Source: Lytechinus pictus
Lineage: Eukaryota
DNA length: 64,000 bases
Reading direction: 5' to 3'
NCBI RefSeq assembly: GCF_037042905.1
Contig: NC_087251.1
Span: 48,920,001 to 48,984,000 of the forward strand
Of the stretch, positions 55,301-64,000 are shown piece by piece. Position numbers and translations under genes: made by a program. Numbering within the stretch: the stretch's first letter is position 1; the number at the start of each line of letters is the position of its first letter. The notes below the pieces were generated by a model. The model was not told the DNA's origin. It saw only the letters and a list, made by a program, of their open reading frames with translations, and made no database searches.

Positions 55301-56221
55301 TGAATTTGGCAATCTCACCTCGAAGCTATAGAAAGTTATTGTGTGTACAACACAGCACAGTGCCAGTCATGGAAAGTTCATTGACCTTTGACCTTATTCA
55401 AATTCGACTCATATTCGAACTTGAACTGTGCCTTCAGGAGATGGACCTCTGGTATGAATTTGGTGATCCCACCTCGAAGATATAGAAAGTTATTATGTGT
55501 ACAACATAGCACAGTGCCAGTCATGGAAAGTTCATTGACCTTTGACCTTATTCAAATTCGACTCATATTCAAACTTGACCTGTGCCTTCAGGAGATGGAC
55601 CTCTGGTATGAATTTGGTGATCCCACCTCGAAGCTATAGAAAGTTATTGGGTGTACAACACAATTGTTGACGACGACGCCGACGGAAATAGTGATACCTA
55701 TGTCTCGCTCCGCTACGCAGGCGAGACAAAAATGGGATGGACAGACTAACAGACAGAAAACCCTGACACATACTTTATACAAAATTTAAACTCATACAAT
55801 TATGTCGTTGTTTGCTTTACATTAGAGTTTGGTATATCATAATTTAAATGAAAAGTTATTCCTCTATAAACTTCTAATGTAATATTTTCTTGGGTCCTAG
55901 CCTTATTATGAGACAAATAATTTCATGCCCCATATGACAATCAAACAATGTTCAAACAACTGTATATCAAAATTCATAAAGAGAGAAAGAGAGAGCTCTT
56001 CTTCAAAAATTGATAGAATCTCAAATGCATAGGCCTACACTCAAAACCAATGCTTCTTTAATTATAAAGAGAAAAAACGATTCCAGGCATTCAATAATAA
56101 GAGGAATTTGATACTTTGCTGACACAAATTGGGTGAACTTTCTTTCAAATACAGATATTTGATACTTACCGGTCCTTACACGCCATGAACAGGAACTGCG
56201 GAAGTATGAGTGAAGGACGGG
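44303..56221 (-). CDS. GSTZ1: Glutathione S-transferase zeta / maleylacetoacetate isomerase; exons 56221-56170, 52587-52526, 50807-50727, 50365-50288, 49249-49202, 47483-47302, 44429-44303; first coding exon not located
   Basis: The spliced product reads [28 protein letters not shown]...[32 protein letters not shown]...AGIQPLQNL...[26 protein letters not shown]...AFKVSHPSKQPDCPEDLRQ*. It includes the zeta-class SSC motif. All junctions are GT-AG and in phase (630 nt total). Confidence 0.95.
44605..45723. mobile_element. Helentron-associated (HINE/DINE-1-like) non-autonomous element with ~162-bp central tandem repeats
   Basis: Subterminal inverted repeats GTCTCACCTGCAT (44627) / ATGCAGGTGAGAC (45706); terminal hairpin; (GCC)n microsatellite; A-rich ends; repeat units marked at 44818, 44980, 45142, 45305, 45497. 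Confidence 0.8.
46232..46531 (+). mobile_element. tRNA-derived SINE
   Basis: A box TGGCCCAGTGG, B box GGTTCGAATCC, central CACTCAACCCAGGTG...AATGGGTACC block, (ATT)n tail. Confidence 0.85.
46975..47273 (-). mobile_element. Older SINE copy with a related tRNA-like head
   Basis: The reverse complement reads TTGTGGCCCAGTGGATTACTCT...AACAGAGGGTCGTGGCTTTGAATCCCAGCCATG, matching the head at 46232. Confidence 0.7.
51406..52222. mobile_element. Palindromic Tc1/mariner-like MITE, copy 2, inserted in a (TA)n tract
   Basis: Same termini and body as 1467-2285; (TA)n on both sides. Confidence 0.9.
52223..52302. repeat. (TA)n microsatellite
   Basis: About 40 uninterrupted TA units. Confidence 0.95.
54063..55732. 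mobile_element. Second HINE-like element with 154-bp tandem repeats (5 units, ~54910-55660)
   Basis: Subterminal IR GTCTCGCCTGC (54085) / GCAGGCGAGAC (55717); terminal hairpin; (GAC)n microsatellite; period of 154 (54920, 55074, 55228, 55382, 55536). Confidence 0.82.
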
Positions 56222-56467
56222 CTGCATAAAACGATAAAATAAAATAGAAAAGAAACATTGAGCATTCCAGGACTTTCAGAAAATAAAATATCATCATGGT
56301 CATATGGACCATCATGGCCATATAATATTCCCACCTCCAACTTCTCACTCTTCATAACAATAATAACCTTGTCCTCAGTTAGTAACCCAAGTGTCCTGTG
56401 TCCTCAGTGCTAAATGAAAGGAGAAAAACGTTTAAATCTCTTGATCTCTAATTCTTGATTTTTTATG

Positions 56468-58911
56468 TATCATAACCTTGTTCATTGAATGAGTGGTATT
56501 TTGTCAGGTGCCTCATTTCAGCTGAGCTTGCTACGCCGCCTTTATCATGTTAATCTGTTTTTTAAAAATGGAGCAAGTGCTAATATAAATAGATCTACGT
56601 CTACCCCATCATTTTTATTTTAGAATGAAGCAACGAGGATAGGAACTTCTCATATGGTGTGTTCCCATTCAACTTTGTGGTGGGGGTATTTTGCACTTAG
56701 TTTTAGCCTCTTATTTACATTTTCTTTTTTTTTTACTTTTCCACTCACCTCATATTCACAAAAACATGCTCACAATTAGTGATGTTCTCTGGTGAAAAAA
56801 ACAATAAATTAATGAAAACATAAATGATTTAAAGTTCTTATACAATTAGGTTATATTAATTATACAAATAATGCATGCAGCCAAGTGCATGCCATTAGTG
56901 GAAATGCAGAGCACGCAAGGTTTCTTTAGATAGTTGCCGCACTGTGCACGAGCCGCAGGCGGCGAGTGCCCAGTGTGCACCATCTGAAAAAACCTTGCGT
57001 GCTCTGCATTTCCACGCGAGCGTCGCGTAACGTTGGGGAAGTACAATAAGAAACAAGATGGCGGCGTAAACATTGGGCAAGTCTCTTCCGTCTTTTCACA
57101 ATATTTTTCTCATTTTTTTGATGAATTCTTGTTTAAAAATAATGAGAGCGTAGAAATGTCGGAAATGAAGATTTATCCCATGTACATGATTTAGAGCTAG
57201 ATCTTTTAGAAGGAAAGTAGAAATCTCGGGGGTGAAAGTTTCAGGTTTTGGGGTCCTTCGTGTAGGTGAATAGGAAGGACTCCGTACTCCCTGGCTTCAT
57301 ACTCATAGAGAGTAAGCCTACGTTAGTAAATGATTTTTACTCTCAAAAAGCCGCCTGGCTAGTAATGTACCCGTGGTGGGTGTGTGAGTGGTGCAGGTGA
57401 TGACATGTCAATTTTCGCTGCTCACCTTGCACTGCCGTGCATGCACAAAAAAGTTGGATGTCATGTGACACGTATTGGCCAATCGTGATGCTTGAAATAA
57501 TACACTTATTTTATAAAATGTTTTAAAGACTGCAATTGTGCAAATGAAGTGATATGCAATAATGCATCAAATAAAATGGATGACAATCCTTCCTTCCTTC
57601 CTGGTTTTCTCCCTCCGCTGCTTTCGGAGATCAGCTCTATGTCCGATGAAGGCAAAAAGCCAAGGCAATAGTATCCATAATAATAGACCTTATCGCAAAT
57701 AGCGTTTGTCGCGTGAGGGCGTCTGTCATCGCAGAGGATCACGGGATGCGAAAGGGGGCAAACGCGGAATCGGCTTTCGGGAAGCCATACAACGCCATAT
57801 GTTTTGTGTAGTGTCACTCAAAATCCAGGCTTTTTTTTAAGTCTGATTTCATCGTATTTAAATTATTTTGGATACTTGAATGTGGATTTATAGAACAATC
57901 TTTGTATCATGATTGCCCAGTGAAAGTATGAACTCAATACTCACCGTATTTTCGAAGTTTTCTGGGGCTAAACTTGGGAAGATTTTGTGGGAAAAGTTAG
58001 ACGGTGATTGCGGGTCAATGCCGATCGACTTTAGAAAAGAGCACATCAGCGATCCGAATTTTCCATTAAAGAATATTCATGAGAATCATAATGTAGACCA
58101 TATATATATTTTATCTCCATATAAATTTAGCTAGTTTTTGTTATTTTTTGGGAAATATAGTCCTTTTTTGCAACCCAGGCTTTTGAGTTTGATCAGCTCG
58201 TTAAGAGGGGGGGGGGGGGGTGAGACAAATATTAAAACAAGCTAGTGTATACTATATAAATAAATCCCTGAATTTAAAACATTTTACGTATAGGCCCTAT
58301 ATCCCTCCAACCTCTGTAATTTTATTTTGTCTGAAACTTAGCAGATGATGGATATTTAATTCATATATAATATTATTCCATTCTTTTGATTAAAAAATCT
58401 TATTTCAACATTCACATCTTCAATTAATGTCAACGCTTTCAGTCACTTCTCTCACAGCTCACCTTCCTCATTTCTTTTTTTTTAAATATTTTTCTCTCAA
58501 CATACTTTCATCTATTCTCATATTTAATTCATTATTTTGTCTAAGCATGCCACTAATTAATAAAACTTCAGAATGTCCGACCATAATCCTGAATTATATG
58601 CAATAATTATGTAGCCTATCTGTGGAGAGAAAAAGAAAACACAGCTCGATTGGTTATAGGCCTACTCTGAATAAAATCATGATTGAGATAATTATTTATG
58701 AAACATGTATTCTTGACTATCGATTGATATTACAAAAATATATAACTAGAATAAAGTAACAAAATCTACTGCAGAGTTTGTTTTATCGATCATCATCATT
58801 TTATTATTGCTTGGAATTCCGTGACCATGCAGTTTCCTCCGGATCCACTGCCTCCCGGACCTGGGCCGAGAGTGCCCGCTGTCCACTCATTCAATGAACA
58901 AGGTTATGATA
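56468..58911. mobile_element. 2.4-kb non-coding element bounded by a perfect 29-bp inverted repeat
   Basis: TATCATAACCTTGTTCATTGAATGAGTGG (56468-56496) is the exact reverse complement of 58883-58911. Confidence 0.7.
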
Positions 58912-59816
58912 TAACCTTGTTCTCAGTTATATCTCCATGTGTGGCAAAATAAGGATGGCAACGTTTGGCTTATTTTCTCTTTTTCTTTGGGACAAATGCT
59001 TGATTTTTTTACACTGACAGTTTCCATTACACCTATTTGTCATACAACTTGGCCCTTAAGTAAATTTGATTCTTTAATTTTTTTTTTCTTGATTAAAAAT
59101 AGAGATAAAAAAATGAAAATTTTCTTGCCATAATATTTTCCACCAATAGAGGGCGTACACAAAAATATGCCCAAAATTCAAGTTTTTGAGCGCTCTAGTG
59201 AATACAAAAAATATTCCCAAGTTACTAATGAAAAATGAATTGCAACTGTACGGAAATTTGTAATTTTGGTCACAAAAGTGATATTTTAATCATTTTTCAA
59301 AGTGTGTGCTCTGTACAGCATTGGCATGCCATAGTCCAACCTGTAGATTCGCCACAGGCAGGGTGGTTGCAGTGAACAAGTGCCGCTGTCCGTGCATACA
59401 AGCACACTTTGCACAGTCACAGCTGCACAGCTCAAAATACGCACAGACAGTGCGCGAAAATGAAACAAAATTGCACTTGTTTTCATAAAGTCTGTGGTAA
59501 TTCTTGCAGCTAGCCTATAGACAGCACATCTATCTCTGCTATGGTGTTAGGGGATTAGTAGGGATTAGTAGTAATTAAGCACACAACATCACATGACCCA
59601 TCGGCGGGAGGAACAAACACAAGACCAGTCAGCTGTACAACACACATACCCGGCACACACACTACACACGCCATTCATCATTCCATACCCAACCCCCGGT
59701 CGTAGCGGACCTGTCACAGTGCCTGGATAAGAATAAGGTAAGGCTTTCTCCCGGTGTGAAGTTTATATGTGTATAGCGAGTGTATTATTATTTATGTTAT
59801 CGGCCCACCTCTTTAC

Positions 59817-59829
59817 TGGCGACGAGGAT
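59817..59829 (+). other. Primer-binding site complementary to the 3' end of tRNA-Ser(GCT)
   Basis: TGGCGACGAGGAT is the reverse complement of ATCCTCGTCG-CCA, the 3' end of metazoan tRNA-Ser(GCU) as recalled. Confidence 0.8.
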
Positions 59830-60414
59830 TAAAGCGATTTTTATTTTATTTTCGGCAAAACATTTTCTTTACTTCGCCACAGCCAACGCCGTTGCAGAAT
59901 CTGCGTTGGCCGTGGCCGAATATAAAAAAGCCGCCGCCATCTTGAAAATTTTAGGCTTTTTATTAATTTGAGCTGTTTGACTCTGTTTCGTCCATAATAG
60001 TAAATAAAACAAAAAGTAACATATTATTTTAGTTTGAGATTTTATTTTTTGGTGGAAAAAGTTTGATTTTTAGTTCCGTAAATATACTCTATTTTTTTAC
60101 CGATCGGCACTGCCGTGCTGGCCTTGAAGGAATTCAGCGGCTAGCTAGACAGGAGCTAATCGGATTTTTTTGGACAAAACATTATACGTTGTACTATTTA
60201 GGGTAAATATCCACTCATTTTGTTGACCATATATTTAAATCTTCCCTTGTTAGGATATATTTTTGTGGCCACCGAGTGTGATTAACTTTGATGAAATTTT
60301 GATTGCGTTTGACTGTGTTTACTGATGTGGTGTGAATGGATTGCTGAATATTATTGATGTTGTGAGTTGATTATTTTATTACAAGCCTGAATTTGCTTTT
60401 CTCCTTTGACCGCC

Positions 60415-60795
60415 GCGCTGCTGCTGCTGCTGCTGTTGTTAGTATTTTTTTGTAGTAAATATATTTCTGGGTGTTTTTTGGAGAAAACACCAGAAATTTG
60501 CTGCTGCTGCTGCTGCTGCTGTTAATTATTAGGAATTTATTATTTTTGGTCACGCGTCTCAGGAGATAAGGAAATTCAGTCTTGTATTAATTAGTTTGTT
60601 GTTGCTGCTGCTGCTGTATTGAATATTTTGCTGCTGTTGCTGTGCTGTTGTATTGTTGCTGCTGCTGCTGTATTGAATATTTTGTTGTTTTATTGCTGCT
60701 GCCGTTGTGTAATTGAATTGTTGCTGCTGCTGTTGTATAATATATTTTGTTGCTGGTGCTGCCGTTGAGTGAATGCTGTGAGCTGTGCTGCTGAC
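60415..60795 (+). repeat. Interrupted (GCT/GTT)n low-complexity tract in the retroelement leader
   Basis: Multiple runs of GCTGCTGCT interspersed with T-rich sequence. Confidence 0.85.
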
Positions 60796-61263
60796 ATTTG
60801 TATTAAATTCATATTCAATCAATTAATTATAAATTGTATAATTAAATAAATTTTGTATATATTTAGATAAATTGTACTTGTAAATATTAACTTTTGTTCA
60901 AAAAACAGAAAAAAAATAAATAAATAATAAGAATTTATTTATTTGAAATTATTTCTATATATTTTTCATATCTTTCTTTGAACAAGTGAGCGTTCGATTG
61001 TTTGCATTTTTTCTTTTCTCTCCTAAGAATTAGGAATTTTATTTTTTAGGCAAGGTAGCCTCTGGATTTTAATTTGATTACATTCTCAGGATATTGTGAG
61101 GTTAGTTCTGTTAATTCTCTTTCATTTTTTTTTTCAAAAAGTTAATTTTGTCCCAGATTTATTTTGATTTTATCCGCAAGACAAAGTCTGCAGGATAATT
61201 TTTGGTTAATTACAGTTCAATTTTGGAATTTAATTTTTGTTACTGATTAATTTCTACATCAAG

Positions 61264-63591
61264 ATGGCGAGCAACATTCCAAGAATCAAAATCAACTTTT
61301 GTTCGTCTGAGGAATTGATGAGTCTGCCCGGAGTGGGTATGGCCACCGCCAACCGCATTCTACACGCGAGGGAGGCGGCTGACCTTACTCCGGATACATT
61401 CATGTCAATACCTCACATACCGAAGGCGGAACTATTAGTTTACGCCTTTGATTATGAGCCAACAACAACGGCTCATAATGTGGACCGCAGAGAAGTGCGC
61501 TCCGAAGGAGACGAGCCTTCTACGAGCGTTCCACTTATTCCGTCTAAGGAGCCCCCCGTAAGCCAGGCGTTTGAGGCTTGGCCACAGCACACCCATGCAC
61601 ATAGCGCACAGGGTGCTGTAGGCCAGTCTTCTCAGACACAGGCCGGGGAGGCCCCCTTATTTTTCACAGGGGGGAGGCCAGGTGGCGCTTTTACTCAGCA
61701 GCCTTCGGCCTCTCCAGAAGATAGGGCTAAGTCCCTCTGGGCAAATCAATTTGGATTTTCAGGATGGAACGATGGCCTGTTCCCACCACAGGGTCCCCAC
61801 CAAGTTACCCCACCAGGACCCCAGTTCCAATGTGGTCCTCGTGCCCAGGTAGCTTCCCCACCAGGACCCCAGTTCCAATTTGGTCCTCGTGCCCAAGTAG
61901 AGTCGCATGGTCAGGCTCCCAGAGCTCAGGGTTGCCGACCAGCAATGACCAACCAAACTACCCAGACACCTCCACATAGCTTTCCACAGGCCGTTCCAAA
62001 CTTCACGCAAGCACAGTACGAGGAAATGTATGGCGTGATGTTTAGGATGATGCAGATGATGCCATTCGGAGGAATTGGACAACCAGCTCCTCCATACTGC
62101 AACCCTGCTGCCGCCTACGGTGGGTATTGCCCACCATGGGCTGGAGGCAGATATCCGCCACACTACCCTAACACTGTGGCCCCGCAAACCTCTCCCCAAG
62201 GACCATGTGACTTGCAACATGGGGGTAGCAACCCTGTGTATCAAGGCGCTGGACCCCAAAGAGATGGACATGGAGGCCCAGTATACAGTGAAAATAGAAA
62301 CACCACAAGGCCATCAGTAAGTCCTGGATACTTGGGGCTGCCAACAAGAAATCAGCCGCCCCGCGTCACCAGACTTACTTCGGCCTCAAGACCTGTGGTA
62401 CCAGAATATGACGACAGAAGGCCCCCTTCTAGACCAACCTCTTTGCCGAAGACCATTTCGTTCGACGGCAAGGGAAGTTGGGCGGCCTTCTATTCAAAGT
62501 TCCAACTTTACACCGAAAGACATGGCATGTCTGATGCAGACAAGAAATATCAGCTGTGTCTGGCGTTGGAGGCCGAAGCCAGTAAGTTGATGGCCCTCAT
62601 CCAGGAGAGCAATCCAAATATCGCCTTCTCTGACTTGGTTACCAAGTTGGAGAAGCGGTTCGCTCTCCAGGAGGAGCCGGAAGTTACTCGGATGCAATTT
62701 CAATCGGCTTTCCAACGCTCGGATGAAGACATAATCAAATGGGCAGACAGGCTTATGACACTTGCAGGTCAGGCCTTTGTAGGCCTACCTGACAAGTTCG
62801 TCCAAGAACTTGTAGTGGCAAGGTTCTGCCAAGGTGCCCAAGACAAAGATGCAGGGCATCATGTCCTGACTTCTCGGCCTGGGACATTAGATGAAGCCAT
62901 GACCAAGTACAAATGGTTTCAGTTTACCCAGAAGACCATGCAGAAGCATGGCCCTAGGCTGAGAAACGAAGTAAGGCAGCTCTCTGTAGGAGAAGATAAG
63001 AATGACCTCAGGGTACAAGAGTCGTCTCCTCCGGAAGCTGCCACCAAAGGAAATTCTAGCCTTGAGGCTAGAATCAGTGCTCTGGAGGCTCAGAATGCAA
63101 TGTGGGCCTCCAAGATGGATTCGATGGTTGCTGCAATCACGGATCTGTCTCGGAGTACTAAAGAACTTTTGTCGGTGTCAAGAGGCCAGCCGAGTTACTC
63201 CTCCGGCCGTGCCCCTGTCACACCTGAAAGACCAAAATATACCTCCGGCCGAGCTCTGGGAACACCGGACAGACCAAAGTATACCTCTGGTCGAGCTCCG
63301 GGTACATCAGACAGGCCGAGGTATACCTCTAATAGAACGCCGGATCGGTCAGAAGGAGGCAGAAGACCATCTTCGGGCCTTCCACCAACCGATCGGCAGC
63401 GAAACTTCGCAGGCTGCTTCAACTGTGGGGAAGAAGGCCATTTCAGTAGGGCCTGCCCCAGAGGGAGATCGCCTGCTCAGAACAGACGACTTAGGGCTGT
63501 CACCTTCGAGGAGGAGGGAAATGGACAGGGATCGGAGGAGATGGGGAATCCCCGATCCGATCACAGATCCCCACCATCTCCATTCCATTAA
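61264..63591 (+). CDS. Gag-like protein, 775 aa: N-terminal helix-hairpin-helix, P/Q/G-rich region, capsid-like domain, coiled coil, CCHC zinc knuckle
   Basis: Single uninterrupted GC-richer ORF with strong Kozak context AAGATGG. HhH motif IKINFCSSEELMSLPGVGMATANRILHARE; capsid-like FDGKGSWAAFYSKF...LVTKLEKRF...FQRSDEDIIKWADRLMTLAGQAF...VARFCQG...PGTLDEAM; CFNCGEEGHFSRAC at 63415-63456. Confidence 0.9.
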   Translation: MASNIPRIKINFCSSEELMSLPGVGMATANRILHAREAADLTPDTFMSIPHIPKAELLVYAFDYEPTTTAHNVDRREVRSEGDEPSTSVPLIPSKEPPVSQAFEAWPQHTHAHSAQGAVGQSSQTQAGEAPLFFTGGRPGGAFTQQPSASPEDRAKSLWANQFGFSGWNDGLFPPQGPHQVTPPGPQFQCGPRAQVASPPGPQFQFGPRAQVESHGQAPRAQGCRPAMTNQTTQTPPHSFPQAVPNFTQAQYEEMYGVMFRMMQMMPFGGIGQPAPPYCNPAAAYGGYCPPWAGGRYPPHYPNTVAPQTSPQGPCDLQHGGSNPVYQGAGPQRDGHGGPVYSENRNTTRPSVSPGYLGLPTRNQPPRVTRLTSASRPVVPEYDDRRPPSRPTSLPKTISFDGKGSWAAFYSKFQLYTERHGMSDADKKYQLCLALEAEASKLMALIQESNPNIAFSDLVTKLEKRFALQEEPEVTRMQFQSAFQRSDEDIIKWADRLMTLAGQAFVGLPDKFVQELVVARFCQGAQDKDAGHHVLTSRPGTLDEAMTKYKWFQFTQKTMQKHGPRLRNEVRQLSVGEDKNDLRVQESSPPEAATKGNSSLEARISALEAQNAMWASKMDSMVAAITDLSRSTKELLSVSRGQPSYSSGRAPVTPERPKYTSGRALGTPDRPKYTSGRAPGTSDRPRYTSNRTPDRSEGGRRPSSGLPPTDRQRNFAGCFNCGEEGHFSRACPRGRSPAQNRRLRAVTFEEEGNGQGSEEMGNPRSDHRSPPSPFH
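63516..63581 (+). other. -1 programmed ribosomal frameshift signal (slippery heptamer plus H-type pseudoknot)
   Basis: G GGA AAT in the gag frame (63516-22); 6-nt spacer; stem 1 GGATCGG (63529-35)/CCGATCC (63552-58); stem 2 GGAGATGG (63537-44)/CCATCTCC (63574-81). Confidence 0.8.
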
Positions 63592-64000
63592 TAGACAAGA
63601 CCAATATGGGGAGAACTTGAGTTCAAGGAGCATTTTGGGGTAAAAGTTGGGAACCGGTCTATTTCACCTAATTTGAATGTGCTGAATCTGATAAGACCGG
63701 TTCCCAAGCCAATTTTTCATGTTTTGACCACCTAATTTGCATAAACAAAATGGCTGCCAAATTGACAATTTATAATCTTATTTCTACAATATTCTTTTAT
63801 AATATTCGCTTTCACCGATATGGATACTGCAAAATCCTGCATACTTAACATGTACCATTTGGGAAAATTTGTTATTTCTGTTTGCGGCTAATAAATTATG
63901 CAAATTTATGCATATTTTGCAATATTATGCTATAATTTGATAATTACATCTAAAATGTTTATTATTTCGGGTACAAATAGCATTTGTATCATTATAATAA

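Larger units (their letters stand above)
59493..63620 (+). mobile_element. 5' part of a Ty3/Gypsy-like LTR retrotransposon (putative LTR, PBS, leader, gag, frameshift signal; no pol in window)
   Basis: PBS at 59817, gag ORF and -1 frameshift element are collinear. The LTR start (TGTGGTAA at 59493) is a guess because no second LTR is in the window. Confidence 0.7.

Noticed and set aside
54926..55639. Four similar 83-aa ORFs
   Set aside because: Artefact of the 154-bp tandem repeat shifting frame each unit; no ATG starts and no recognisable domain.
60559..60822. Poly-Q/poly-S ORF on the minus strand
   Set aside because: Translation of the (GCT)n low-complexity leader; no evidence of coding.
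63002..63643. 213-aa overlapping ORF as pol
   Set aside because: It is in the +1 frame relative to gag, has no protease or RT motifs and is almost entirely a shadow of the gag ORF.

Overview
Eukaryotic, AT-rich, intron- and repeat-rich animal DNA. The Lefty sequence and repeat types suggest a sea urchin (inference). Three spliced host genes could be reconstructed by hand. (1) A complete 4-exon lefty/antivin gene (+, 9692-12374). (2) A 2-coding-exon Myb/SANT-like (MSANTD-type) gene (+, 25757-34963). (3) Seven exons of glutathione S-transferase zeta/maleylacetoacetate isomerase (GSTZ1; -, 56221-44303; start exon not located). The right end holds an unusual LTR-retrotransposon-like unit: a tRNA-Ser primer-binding site, a 1.4-kb leader and an intact 775-aa Gag with an N-terminal ComEA-type helix-hairpin-helix domain. 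It ends in a canonical slippery site plus pseudoknot whose -1 frame stops after 32 codons, and no pol is visible. Between the two convergent genes lies a 4.16-kb foldback palindrome with a 6-bp target duplication. The rest is a dense mix of MITEs (TTAA/Kolobok-like, TA/Tc1-mariner-like, 8-bp/hAT-like), Helentron-type elements with DR1-bearing tandem repeats, SINEs and LINE remnants. All family assignments come from motif recognition, without database searches.
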